Part shown: positions 8,856 to 21,644 of the stretch, piece by piece
Numbering within the stretch: position 1 is the first letter of the stretch
Layout of the letters: every line of letters starts with the position of its first letter
NCBI GenBank assembly: GCA_963751275.1
Contig: CAVVTZ010000007.1
Coordinates: forward strand, 64,001-128,000
Length of the DNA stretch: 64,000 bases
Direction of reading: 5' to 3'
Origin: an uncultured Gemmatimonadaceae bacterium
GTDB taxonomy: Bacteria > Gemmatimonadota > Gemmatimonadetes > Gemmatimonadales > Gemmatimonadaceae
Notes under the pieces: generated by a model
Told to the model about the DNA's origin: nothing
The model's database searches: none
The model's input: the letters and a program-made list of their open reading frames with translations, nothing else
Program-made: the position numbers and the translations under genes

Positions 8856-9889
8856 GCCCCCCAGTGTGACTGCGACATCGCGAGCTGGACGATCCGTTCG
8901 CACAGCGCGCCGAACTCGATCCCGGCCGCCGCCGCGGCCTGCGGGACGAGACTGAACTCCGTCATACCCGGCAACGTGTTCGCCTCGAGACAGAACAACT
9001 CGCCTCCCGCTGTCAAACGGAAGTCGATCCGGGCGTAGCCGTCAAGCTTGAGCGCCGTGAAAGCGGCCTTCGCCTGACGCTGCGCCTCGGCCGCGATCGC
9101 CGCGGGCAGGCGCGCCGGGAATTCCTCCACCGCCATGCCAGCAGTGTACTTGCACTCGTAATCGTAAATATCGTGCTTGGGGATGATCTCGCCCACTGGC
9201 AGCGCCTGATCCCCCAGGATCGCCACCGTGAGCTCCCGCCCCGGCACGAACCCCTCGATCATCACTTCATCATCATACTGCGCCGCCTCGGCCACCGCAG
9301 CGGCCAGGCGCGCCGGCTCCTTCACGACCGAGAGGCCCACCGTCGAACCCTGCTTGGATGGCTTCACGACCACCGGCATGCCGAGCGTCTTCGCGACCGC
9401 CGGGCCGTCCGGCGCTTGGCCGGCGTGACGGCCCACCATCATCCAATCCGCCGTCGCGACGCCCGCCGCGCGAAAGAGCTTCTTGGAGACATCCTTGTCC
9501 ATCGCGATCGCGCTCCCGAGATGGCCGCTCCCGGTGTACCGGACGCGCGCGAGATCGAGCATCGCCTGCAACGTGCCGTCCTCACCCTCACCGCCATGCA
9601 GTCCGAGGAAGACGACATCGGCGTTCCGCACTTCGGGCAGCGTGCCGAGCGCCGGCAACAGCGCGCCGCGCCGGAAGGTGCGCAGCGACTCGAGCGACGG
9701 CGGTTCGGGATGCAGCACGCCGGCGCTCCGCATCGCCGTCTCTTGCGCGGGCGTGATGACGCCGCTCGCCGGGTCGACGAGCGTCACTTGGTGCGATCGC
9801 GCGCGCAATGCCTGCGCGATTCGGAGTCCCGATGCGAGCGAGACATCACGTTCCGCCGAGGCGCCGCCGAGAAGGAGTGTGATCCGCAT
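8852..9889 (-). CDS. ddl: D-alanine--D-alanine ligase
   Basis: GGASAERDVSLASG, LHGGEGEDG, AMDK, KPSKQGST, YDYECKY, EANTLPGMT. Confidence 0.95.
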   Translation of the reverse strand: MRITLLLGGASAERDVSLASGLRIAQALRARSHQVTLVDPASGVITPAQETAMRSAGVLHPEPPSLESLRTFRRGALLPALGTLPEVRNADVVFLGLHGGEGEDGTLQAMLDLARVRYTGSGHLGSAIAMDKDVSKKLFRAAGVATADWMMVGRHAGQAPDGPAVAKTLGMPVVVKPSKQGSTVGLSVVKEPARLAAAVAEAAQYDDEVMIEGFVPGRELTVAILGDQALPVGEIIPKHDIYDYECKYTAGMAVEEFPARLPAAIAAEAQRQAKAAFTALKLDGYARIDFRLTAGGELFCLEANTLPGMTEFSLVPQAAAAAGIEFGALCERIVQLAMSQSHWGA

Positions 9890-10007
9890 TCCATAGGCAA
9901 GATGGCGGAGGCGGCAAGGCGGGGACAGGGGGAGATCCCTCATGGGCGGCCGCGTCGCCGGCGGCCTCTATCCGCCCCTCCATCCTGTGGCGATATTTCT
10001 CCCTACG

Positions 10008-10460
10008 ATGCGCCTCTCTCATGTTCTTGCCGCGTGCGTGCTGATCACCGCCGCCTGCCCGTCGGCCGACACGACCAAGCAGGCGATGGACGCGCTCACC
10101 GCGGCCGGCCAGAAGCCCGACGAGTTGCCGGTGATGCTCAACCAGGAGCTGCCGTTCCGCTATCCGGACAAGCTCTACGCGTCCAAGGTGCAGGCGAACG
10201 TGGTGCTACGGATCTACATCGATAGTACCGGCGCCGTCTGGCCCGATTCGACCCTCGTCTTGAAGTCCTCGGGCTACCCGGAACTCGACAGCGCGGCGGT
10301 GCAGGGCGCGCCCGAGCTGCATTTCGTTCCGGCGAAGTTCCAGAAGCAGCCGATCGGCGTCGACATCCAGCTCCCGGTATACTTCCGGCATCCCGGTTCC
10401 GGCCCGCTCCCCGGCGACACGATCCTCCAGAAGAAAGCGACGCCCGCCGCGAAGCCATGA
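10008..10460 (+). CDS. TonB C-terminal domain protein
   Basis: YP...VQANVVLRIYIDSTG...KSSGYPELDSAAV...FVPA. Confidence 0.75.
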   Translation: MRLSHVLAACVLITAACPSADTTKQAMDALTAAGQKPDELPVMLNQELPFRYPDKLYASKVQANVVLRIYIDSTGAVWPDSTLVLKSSGYPELDSAAVQGAPELHFVPAKFQKQPIGVDIQLPVYFRHPGSGPLPGDTILQKKATPAAKP

Positions 10461-11854
10461 GCGGCGTCGAGCGGAATCGCCGCCCGTATGAGAGCGTCCT
10501 GGAGACGATCGGCTGGACGCCGCTCATCCGGCTGACCCGCATCACGCGCGGCCTGCGTACACCGGTCTACGGCAAGGCGGAATTCTTCAATCCGGGCGGC
10601 AGCGTCAAGGACCGCATCGGGCTGCCGATCATCGAAAAGGCCGAGCGCGATGGATCGCTCAAGCCCGGCGGCACGATCGTCGAGGGCACGAGCGGCAACA
10701 CGGGGGTCGGACTGGCGATCGCGGCCGCGCTCAAGGGCTATCGCTGCATCTTCACGATGCCCGACAAGATGTCGCAGGAGAAGGTGCGCTTGCTGAAGGC
10801 CTTCGGCGCGGAGGTGATCATCACGCCGACCGCGGTGCCGCCCGACCATCCCGACAACTACGTGATGATGGCCAAGCGGATCGCGCACGAGACGCCGAAC
10901 GCGATCCTCGCGAACCAATTCTACAACGACGCGAATCCGCAGGCGCACGAGGAGACCACGGGTCCCGAGCTGTGGGAGCAGTCGGAGGGGCGGATCACCC
11001 ATTTCGTCGCGTCAGCCGGAACGGGCGGCACGATCACCGGCGTCGCGCGCTATCTCAAGAAGAAGAACCCGAAGATCCGGGTGATCGCCGGCGATCCGCA
11101 GGGCTCGATCCTCGCGGAACTCTGGCGAACGAAGGGGAAGTCGCACGGCGAGGGTGTGCCGTACAAAGTGGAAGGCATCGGACAGGACAAGCTGCCTGGA
11201 ACGCTCGACCTGTCGCTGGTGGACGACTACCGCACGGTGGGCGATCGTGAGTCGTTCGCGATGGCGCGGCGGCTGACGCGCGAGGAGGGATTGTTCGTCG
11301 GCGGGTCGAGCGGCCTGATCGCGCACGTCGCGCTGCAGGTGGCCGCCGAAGTCGATGACCCGAAGGCGTTCATCGTCACGTTCCTGTGCGACACCGGCGA
11401 GCGTTATCTCTCGAAGCTCTACAGCGACGAGTGGATGCGCGAGAACCAAATGCTCGATGGCGAGCGCATCTCGATCGCGCAACTGCTCACGAAGAAGCGC
11501 GGCGATGCGCCGGTGATCGTGAGCACCACGCCCGGCGCGAGCGTGCGGCAGGCGCTGCGCTTGATGGCGCTGCACGACATCTCGCAGCTGCCCGTGCTCG
11601 ATGGCCGCGACTGTGTGGGCTCGATGAGCGAGGCGACGGCCTCGGCGAAGGCGCTCGAGAATCCGAAATTGCTCGACGTCTCCGTGAGCGAGATCATGGA
11701 GGGACCCTTCCCGCTGGTGGAAGGCACGCAGCCGGTGGAGAGCGTCGTGCGGCTGCTCAGCAAGACGAACCCGGCGGTGCTCGTGCGCGGCGAGAGCGGC
11801 ATCCAGGGGATCGTGACGCGGAGCGACGTGCTCGAGTTCCTGATGGCGCGCTGA
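10457..11854 (+). CDS. Cystathionine beta-synthase-like PLP enzyme with a CBS domain pair
   Basis: NPGGSVKDR, TSGNTG, GTGGT and C-terminal CBS domains. Confidence 0.9.
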   Translation: MSGVERNRRPYESVLETIGWTPLIRLTRITRGLRTPVYGKAEFFNPGGSVKDRIGLPIIEKAERDGSLKPGGTIVEGTSGNTGVGLAIAAALKGYRCIFTMPDKMSQEKVRLLKAFGAEVIITPTAVPPDHPDNYVMMAKRIAHETPNAILANQFYNDANPQAHEETTGPELWEQSEGRITHFVASAGTGGTITGVARYLKKKNPKIRVIAGDPQGSILAELWRTKGKSHGEGVPYKVEGIGQDKLPGTLDLSLVDDYRTVGDRESFAMARRLTREEGLFVGGSSGLIAHVALQVAAEVDDPKAFIVTFLCDTGERYLSKLYSDEWMRENQMLDGERISIAQLLTKKRGDAPVIVSTTPGASVRQALRLMALHDISQLPVLDGRDCVGSMSEATASAKALENPKLLDVSVSEIMEGPFPLVEGTQPVESVVRLLSKTNPAVLVRGESGIQGIVTRSDVLEFLMAR

Positions 11855-11963
11855 ACGCAGCGCCGCCCCGGCGGCGCTTGCCTGCTCTCGCGATGCGGCG
11901 GTGACGGTGCGGCGTGTGGCTCGTGTATCTCACGTTAGCACCCTCTAATCGGCTTCACATCAT

Positions 11964-13073
11964 ATGAAGGGTTCCGCCACGCGGCGCGTCGCCGCGGTGC
12001 TCATCGCCCCGGTCACCATCCTCGCAACGCTCGCGATCCTCGCGAACGCAGCGCTCATCGTGCCCGGCACACCGCCGGAGCTCGTGCGCGTCGCGGGCGC
12101 GGTGAATCTCGGACTCTCCGCCGTGCTCGTCGCGCTCATCGTCCACGACCTGGCGCACTGGGTCGCCGCGCGCGCCGCCGGCTTCCGCGCGGTGGAGGCG
12201 ATGATCGGCCCCTTCGCGTTCGCGCCATTGCGCCGCGGCATGTATCTGCGCACCGTGACATTGTGGGGAGCGCTGCGCGGCGGCGTGCTCGTGGAGCCGC
12301 ATGGCGAGCGCCGCATGAATGCGCGCTGGGCGCTGGTCGCGTTCGCCGGACCGGCCGCCAGTCTTGCACTCGGCATCGCGACGATCTCCATCGCTCCGGT
12401 GATCGCGCTCGCGTCGCTGCTGCGCTTTGCGCTCTCCGCGATGCCGATCGGCGTGCGCGGGGCGCCGAGCGATGGCGCCCAATTGCTGCTGCTCGCCGGC
12501 GGCGGTGCGGCGGCGGACCGGTTCCTCGCGCTGTTGCGCATCGCCGGCGCGCAGCGCGTCGGCCAGCGTCCGCGCTCCTGGCCCGACCGGTGGACGGCCG
12601 ACGCGATCGCGATCCACGATGGCACCGCCGCCGAGGCGGCGGGCTGCGTGGCCGCGTTCCGCCGCGCGCTCGATGGCTGCGCGCACGAGAAGGCGGCGGT
12701 GCTGCTCGATCGCGCGCTGGCGCTGCGTGCCGTGTTGCCCGGGCGGCTGGCCTGCGCGCTGTTGGCCGACGCGGCGTACTTCGAGGCGCGCATCCACGAC
12801 GATGCCGCGCGCGCCCAAGTCTGGCTGGACGAGGCGGCGGCGCGCCGGCCGGCATGCCCCATTGCCATTGGGCGGGCATCGGCCGCCGTGATGCTCGCGG
12901 CCGGCGACTTCGCGGGCGGCGTGGCGGCCGCGCGCGCCGCGCTCGAGGATCTCGACCGCGCGGAGCGGGTGGAGCGCCGCACGCAGCCGATGGAATCCGA
13001 CTGGCTGCGCGAGATGATCGCCCGCGCCGAGTGCGCGGCGGTGCTCCCCGCGGAGTTCCTCGCGGCGAGCTAG
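11964..13073 (+). CDS. M50 (site-2 protease)-like membrane protein with a variant HDxxH motif
   Basis: IVHDLAH, AFAGPAA and PSDG motifs; TM helices. Confidence 0.6.
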   Translation: MKGSATRRVAAVLIAPVTILATLAILANAALIVPGTPPELVRVAGAVNLGLSAVLVALIVHDLAHWVAARAAGFRAVEAMIGPFAFAPLRRGMYLRTVTLWGALRGGVLVEPHGERRMNARWALVAFAGPAASLALGIATISIAPVIALASLLRFALSAMPIGVRGAPSDGAQLLLLAGGGAAADRFLALLRIAGAQRVGQRPRSWPDRWTADAIAIHDGTAAEAAGCVAAFRRALDGCAHEKAAVLLDRALALRAVLPGRLACALLADAAYFEARIHDDAARAQVWLDEAAARRPACPIAIGRASAAVMLAAGDFAGGVAAARAALEDLDRAERVERRTQPMESDWLREMIARAECAAVLPAEFLAAS

Positions 13074-13080
13074 CGCCCGG

Positions 13081-15677
<2,597 letters not shown>

Positions 15678-15681
<4 letters not shown>

Positions 15682-16619
15682 TGCGGTTCCGCATCCGTGA
15701 CGAAGGCCGCGATCTTCTTCGCATTGAGCTTGTTCGCCTCGGCGTCGGCCTGCGCATGCTTGTCGTAGCGGCCGACGCGCACGCGGAAGGGGGCCGCGGT
15801 GCCGTACACGCGCGCATCGTAGCCACGGTCCTTCAGATTCTTCGCGAGCGCATCGGCGGCGGACTTCGTGTTGTATGCGCCCACCTGCACGGTGTATTGC
15901 TTCTTCGCCGCCGGTGCGGCAGTCGCCGTGGCCGCCGGCGCCGCCGCGCTGCCCGACGCTGGCGCGGGCGCCGGGGTGAACGCGGCTGCTGCGGCCGCCG
16001 GATTCGATCGCGCGCTGTCCGGTGATGATGCGGCCGCCAATGCCGTGTCCGCCGGATTGCAGCGCGTCGTCCAGTACTCGATCTGATTGCGGAGCTCGAC
16101 ATCGGACGCCGGCGCCGTGCGCCCCGCGTCGCCGAGTTGCCGGCACGCGTCCGCGATCTTCCCCTGTTCGAATTCCACGCGCGCGATCCAGAAGCTCGCC
16201 TTCGGGCGCGCGGGACTGTCCGGATGCTCCAGCATCACGCGGTTCAGGTGCGCGAGCGCCTTGTCCATGTCGCGCCGCGTCATCTCGAGCTGCGCCAGAC
16301 GCATCAGCGCTTCCACGCTCCACGGCGAGAGCGGATAGTCCACGATGATCGTTTGCAGATCGCGCTCCGCGTCAGCCGCCGTGGCCGCCACCACCGCCCG
16401 CCAGTACAACGCCTCCACATAGCGCGGCAATGCCGTCGGCGCGGCTTCGAACTGTTCCTGTGCGAGCGCGCGCGCCGCATCGCCCTGGCCGTTGGCGGCC
16501 AGCCGCTGCACACGCAGGAAGACCGTGTCCGTCGTGAGCGTGCTGTCGATGCCCTGAGCGCCGGCGCGCGCCGCCAGCAGGAAGAGCGGGATGGCGAGAA
16601 GGAGACGTTTCGTCAGCAT
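15678..16619 (-). CDS. TPR + SPOR domain periplasmic protein
   Basis: Signal peptide, TPR-like region, Ala/Pro linker, SPOR domain YTVQVGAY...FRVRVG. Confidence 0.85.
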
Positions 16620-16647
16620 CGGTGCGCCGGAATGAGGGACGGCCCTG

Positions 16648-17664
16648 CTATGCGCAGAGCGACAGGACGAGATTGGTGAGCAGTTGTTCATCGGTCGAGC
16701 CGCGCGTGTCCTTGAGCGAGGTATCCGCCGCCAGCAACGCCTCGAGCGCCGCGTCCAGCTGGGCCGTGGACCACGTGCCCGCGGTGCGCTGCCACGCCGC
16801 CACCGCATCGTTCCACGAGCGGCCCGGATAGGCTTTGCTCTCCTTCAAGAGACCAAAATAATCGGCGCGCCCTTTCACCGCGCCGCCCCATGCAAGCGCG
16901 AGCGTCTGCGTCGCAAGGCCCATCACGATCGACACGCCGCTCGTCTTGGGCTGCGTGAGGATGTGCGGCAGGATGGCGAGCGCGCCCACGGCATCGCGCG
17001 CGGCAATGCGATCCAGCAGATCGCCCACAGTCTCGCCGCGGCGAACGCCGACCACCGCGGCCACCGCGTCCTCGCTGATCTCCGCGCCGCCGGAGAAACT
17101 CGCGAGTTTGTCCAGTTCGGCGGCGAGCAATGGCAGGTCGTTCCCGGCCGCGCGCTGCAGCAGCTCGGCCGCGCCCGGCGTGAGCGTCACGCCCAACTCA
17201 CCGGCATGGTGGACGATCCATTTCGCGACGCGATCGCCGCTGAGCGGCTCGAACTCCACCTCCGTCATGCGCTTCGCGAGGGACTTGTCCGCGGCCGCCA
17301 ATTCCCCGGCGGCGGCCACGAGCACGAGCAGCAGGTCGGCCGCCGGTGCCGGCCGCGAGAGGAAGGTGTCGAGCGCCGCGCGCGCATCTTTCCGGAGCGC
17401 CGGCGCGTTGCGCACGATGATCACGCGCCGGTCCGCCATCATCGGCGGCGTGCCGAGGAGCGAGCCGAGCGCCTCGGCGTCGAGCAATGCCCCATCGCGC
17501 ACATCGAGGTTGAAATCGCGCGTCGCCGGAGCCACCGCGGCCGCGATGAGCAGGCGCAGCGCATCTTCCTTCAGGAAATCATCATCGCCGTGCAGATAGT
17601 ACGCGTGGTCGAACGCGTGCGTCTGCAGCGATTTCCGAAAGGTGCGCTCGTTGGCGGCGGCCAT
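16648..17664 (-). CDS. holA: DNA polymerase III delta subunit
   Basis: YYLHGDDDFLKE, DFNLD, PMMADRRV, ELDKL. Confidence 0.88.
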   Translation of the reverse strand: MAAANERTFRKSLQTHAFDHAYYLHGDDDFLKEDALRLLIAAAVAPATRDFNLDVRDGALLDAEALGSLLGTPPMMADRRVIIVRNAPALRKDARAALDTFLSRPAPAADLLLVLVAAAGELAAADKSLAKRMTEVEFEPLSGDRVAKWIVHHAGELGVTLTPGAAELLQRAAGNDLPLLAAELDKLASFSGGAEISEDAVAAVVGVRRGETVGDLLDRIAARDAVGALAILPHILTQPKTSGVSIVMGLATQTLALAWGGAVKGRADYFGLLKESKAYPGRSWNDAVAAWQRTAGTWSTAQLDAALEALLAADTSLKDTRGSTDEQLLTNLVLSLCA

Positions 17665-17776
17665 GGGGAGAATATAGCGCCGGTTGTGACGGCCGCAGCG
17701 CGCGGCTAGACTCAGGCCACCGCAACGCGCGCCGTTCGCGCGCGTCGCTCCTTCCCTCTGGTCGTCCGAGGATCCC

Positions 17777-18358
17777 GTGGTCCACCATCCCGCCCGTGTG
17801 CGCATCGTCCGTTCACTTCAGCTCGGCGCGATGATCGCCGCGGCCGCGCTGCTCGCGACCGCGTGCAAAGCGACCAAGACACCGGATCCCGCCCCGGCGG
17901 CGCCGACGGCCGCCGCCGCACAACCCGCGGCTTCGATCCTGCCGCTGGGTCCGGTGCCGGATGATTCCGCGGCGATGATGCTCAAGGCGTTCAAGCTCAC
18001 AATGCCGGCGCTGCAGCAGTTCGCGAAGGCGCAGTCGGCGTTCGACAAGGTGACCAAGGCGGATCCGGCGATCATGACCGCGCTGCGTCAGCGCTCGCAG
18101 AACGGCACGCTGGACAACGTGGTCGCCGGGTTGAGCGAACAGCCGAAGATCCGTTCGGCGCTCGCGGGCGCCGGCAGCAGCCCACGCACATTCATCGTAA
18201 CAGGCATGGCCCTGACGCAATCGATGGAAGGCCTGCAGATGATGGCCCAGGGCAAGCCGCTGCCCACCGGACTGTCGCCGGCGACGCTGGAGAACATCTC
18301 GTTCGTGCAGAAGAACCTTCCAGCGATCCGGGCGCTGCTCGCGCCGGGCCAGAAGTAG
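17777..18358 (+). CDS. Hypothetical lipoprotein
   Basis: Lipobox LATAC; GC3-rich coding pattern. Confidence 0.65.
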   Translation: MVHHPARVRIVRSLQLGAMIAAAALLATACKATKTPDPAPAAPTAAAAQPAASILPLGPVPDDSAAMMLKAFKLTMPALQQFAKAQSAFDKVTKADPAIMTALRQRSQNGTLDNVVAGLSEQPKIRSALAGAGSSPRTFIVTGMALTQSMEGLQMMAQGKPLPTGLSPATLENISFVQKNLPAIRALLAPGQK

Positions 18359-18365
18359 CGGCCGG

Positions 18366-18695
18366 TCAGCTCGCCGGCAGTGCCGCGGCGAGCCGCGCCC
18401 CGTCGTCGCGCTCGTTCGCATCGGCGAGGAGCGCGAAGGCCGCCGATTCCCTGACGCGCGCCATGATCCGGCGATGCAGGTCGGGCAATGCCGGAATGGG
18501 CGGGAGGTTCCGCACGACCAGCATGGCACGGCGCACCCGGACGTCGAAACATGCGCACTCCACGCAGGCTTCCGAATGCGCCAACGCCGCGGCCTCATCG
18601 GCCGCGGCGAGTGCGCCATCCGTCAGATCGAGGTGGCGGTCACGGAATTCGGGACAAGCCCAGCGGGCAGGAGTAGGCACCGCGACAGGGTACAC
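18366..18695 (-). CDS. Zinc-finger anti-sigma-factor-like protein
   Basis: CPEFR...HSEACVEC (HxxxCxxC), directly downstream of the ECF sigma gene. Confidence 0.65.
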   Translation of the reverse strand: MYPVAVPTPARWACPEFRDRHLDLTDGALAAADEAAALAHSEACVECACFDVRVRRAMLVVRNLPPIPALPDLHRRIMARVRESAAFALLADANERDDGARLAAALPAS

Positions 18696-18746
18696 GCCAC
18701 CCTGCGTGGAGTTCCGCCGCCCGGCGCCCCAGGCCTGCCAGTCCCC

Positions 18747-19409
18747 TCAGGCCAGGGCCGGCTCGATGATCTCCGCGAACGCCGCCCGCGCCCGGTTCAG
18801 CCGGGACTTCACCGTTCCAAGATTGCACCCGGTGATCGCCGCGATCTCTTCGTAGGGCTTCCCTTCGAGCTCGCGCAGGACGAACACCTGCCGATGATGC
18901 TCGGGCAGCCGCGTGATCGCATCCTCGACCATCTCGCGAAGGTACCGCCGGCGGTACATGTCGTCGGGCCGCGACTGATGGTCCTCGAACTGGAGCGGAC
19001 GATCCTCGTCGTCCCAGTTCTGCTGGAGCGCCTGGAAGAGCACGAGCGGATTGCGCGAGCGGTTCCGCAGCTCGTTCTTCGCGAGGTTCGAGGCGATGGT
19101 GTAGATCCACGTCGAGAACTTCTTGGACGGATCGAACCGGTGCGCGTGGCGGTGCACGCGGATGAAGACTTCCTGCACCAGATCCTCGCCGCGCTCGCGG
19201 TCGCCGATGGTCCGGCAGATGAAATTCAGCAACCGCGCTTGATAGCGCAGGACGAGCGTCTCGAAGGCGCGATCATCGCCCGCGCTGAACGCGGCGACCA
19301 AGGCGCCATCATCGAGCGCCGCGAGTTGTTCGCGTCGCGAGAGCGGCGAGAGGGGTGCGATCGCAGGGACGGCGGGCGCGGTACGGCGGCTGACGACGGC
19401 ACTTTGCAT
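18747..19409 (-). CDS. ECF RNA polymerase sigma factor (RpoE-like)
   Basis: EDLVQEVF, FSTWIYTIASN, region 4 YEEIA...GTVKSRLNRAR. Confidence 0.92.
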   Translation of the reverse strand: MQSAVVSRRTAPAVPAIAPLSPLSRREQLAALDDGALVAAFSAGDDRAFETLVLRYQARLLNFICRTIGDRERGEDLVQEVFIRVHRHAHRFDPSKKFSTWIYTIASNLAKNELRNRSRNPLVLFQALQQNWDDEDRPLQFEDHQSRPDDMYRRRYLREMVEDAITRLPEHHRQVFVLRELEGKPYEEIAAITGCNLGTVKSRLNRARAAFAEIIEPALA

Positions 19410-19700
19410 GGCAGTCTCCCCGGTCGGCCTCGGGCGCCCGCTGGTCCGCAGGGGTTGCGGAAGACATGCGAACGTCGAAGGAGTCGACCACTACCAATCG
19501 CAGAGGCCGTGCCGTGAATGCCGTTCCGGCGAATCTGGCGTTAACTACATATGCAGCAATGAGTTGAACTGCCGATTGGAGCGAGGCAATTCGGGCGCCT
19601 TGCCACACGAATCGTCCCCCATGTAGGACGAACGCGCTACAATGGTAGGACAATCACGGACGCGCGAGGAACGCGGAACGCGGCACGCCGGCACGCGGCA

Positions 19701-20271
19701 CTACTTCCCCAGCCGGAACCCCGCGACATAAAGGATGGCGAGAGCGGTCTTCGCATCGACGATCTCATTGGCGCGGATCATCTCGAGCGCGCGCGAGAGC
19801 GACACCGGCACGAGTTCGATGAACTCGTCTCCCTCGCGTGCGTGCGGGCCACGCGTCAGTCCGGTCGCCAGGAACACATGGATCTTCTCATCAGTGAAGC
19901 CCGGCGTCGTGAACATCGTGAACACGTGCTCGAATGCGCTCCGCCGTGCACCCGGTCTCCTCGCGCAATTCCCGCCGTGCGCATATCTCAGGCGCCTCGT
20001 CCTTCTCCAGGCGCCCCGCCGGCACTTCGTAAACGAATCCATCCGTCGCATACCGGTATTGGCGGATCAGGAGCAGTTGCGGATCGTCGCCGCCGGGATC
20101 GCTCAACACGGGCACGATCGCGCTCGCGCCCGGGTGCCGGATCATCTCGATCTCGCCCGTACTCCCATCGGGAAATCGCACGCGGTCGACATCCAGACTG
20201 ATCACGCGACCGGTGTACTTGCGCTCGCCATCGATCTTGCCGGGAGGGATCTTTGGATCAGCGGCGCTCAC
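19701..20271 (-). CDS. NUDIX hydrolase (ADP-ribose pyrophosphatase-like) with a 1-nt frameshift near 19933
   Basis: The Nudix box EVPAGRLE...ARRELREETG lies in ORF 19891-20271 and continues as EHVFTMFTTPGFTDE in ORF 19701-20051. Confidence 0.85.
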
Positions 20272-21644
20272 GGCGTGCGCGGAGCCCCATCGCGCCCGTA
20301 CTCGATCACCGGCCCGAACGCGAGCGCCTCGAGCGGGGCGCGGATCGCCGCTGCGTCACCGACGACGACGAGCTGCAGTGCATCGGGGCGGAGATGCGTC
20401 TCCGCGGCGGCACGCACGTCCGCGGAAGTCACCGCCCGCACTTGGTCGCGGTAGCGGTCGAAGTAGTCCGCGGGCAGCGAGAAGACGGTCATCGCGGCCA
20501 GGGCACGCGCCACCGCCTCGGTCGTTTCGTACTTGATCGGGAAGACGCCCGCGAGGTAGCTCGTGGCGAGCTCGAGTTCGTCGGCCGCCACCGGCGTGTT
20601 CCGGATCGCGTCGATCTCGTTGAGGATCTCGCGTGCCGCCGCGGCCGTGACCTCGCTCTGCACGGCTGTGGACACATCGAACGGACCCGCGCCACGACGC
20701 CACTCGAACGCCGAGTGCGCGCCATACGTGTACGCGTGGCGCTCTCGCAGATTGAGATTGATCCGTGACGAGAAAAGTCCGCCGAGGATCGCGTTCATCA
20801 GCAGCACCGGGAAATAGTCCGGGTGGGAGCGCGGCAATCCGACGTGTCCCATGCGCAGCTCCGACTGCGGCGCGTCCGGCCGCTCCACCGAATGCAACGC
20901 TCGCGTCGCGCGGGCTGCGGAGTCCGTGAGCGGCACCGGACCCGCCGCGCCGCCGCGCCAGGACGCGAACGTCCGCTCCGCGATCGCCGTCGCATCGGCG
21001 GTCGTGATGTCGCCGGCCATGATCAGTGTGGAGCCCGCGGGCCGGTAGCGCGCCGCATGGAATGCGGCCAGCGCCGCCGGATCGAGCAATGTCACCGACT
21101 CGGCGCTCCCGCGGTCTTGGCGCGCATAGCGCGACTCGGGCGCGTAGACCGCGCGCGCGAAGACCTCATCGGCCAGTCCTCTGGGTTCTGCCCGCGATTG
21201 CATGATCTCCGCCAGCCGTTCGGACTTGAGCCGATCGACCTCGCGCGCGGGGAACGCGGGAGTGAGTACGATCTCGCCGAGCAGCGACACTGCTTCTTCC
21301 ACGTGCGCGCGCAGCACGCTCACCCCGATACCGGCCGTGTCCCAGTCGCCATCGGACGAGACCGAGGCGCCGATGCGCTCCAGCCGGCCCGTGAGTTCGG
21401 CGGCGCTGAGCCGTGCCGTGCCCTCGAGCAGCGCGCGCGCCGTGAGGCTCGCCACGCCATCGCGGCCGGCGGGCTCGCTCATCGCGCCCGCGTCCACCAC
21501 GAGCATCACGGTCACGATCGGCAGCTTGTGCATGGGCGCGACGAGCAGGCCCAATCCGTTGCTGAGCGCGCGACGCTCGAAGGGCGGGAAGTGGTACGGC
21601 CGGGGCGGGGAGGGCGCGGGCCGCACCGTGTAGACGTCGCTCAT
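20268..21644 (-). CDS. M16 peptidase, non-catalytic subunit
   Basis: LSNG, GGLFSSRINLNLRERHAYTYG; no HxxEH. Confidence 0.88.
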   Translation of the reverse strand: MSDVYTVRPAPSPPRPYHFPPFERRALSNGLGLLVAPMHKLPIVTVMLVVDAGAMSEPAGRDGVASLTARALLEGTARLSAAELTGRLERIGASVSSDGDWDTAGIGVSVLRAHVEEAVSLLGEIVLTPAFPAREVDRLKSERLAEIMQSRAEPRGLADEVFARAVYAPESRYARQDRGSAESVTLLDPAALAAFHAARYRPAGSTLIMAGDITTADATAIAERTFASWRGGAAGPVPLTDSAARATRALHSVERPDAPQSELRMGHVGLPRSHPDYFPVLLMNAILGGLFSSRINLNLRERHAYTYGAHSAFEWRRGAGPFDVSTAVQSEVTAAAAREILNEIDAIRNTPVAADELELATSYLAGVFPIKYETTEAVARALAAMTVFSLPADYFDRYRDQVRAVTSADVRAAAETHLRPDALQLVVVGDAAAIRAPLEALAFGPVIEYGRDGAPRTP

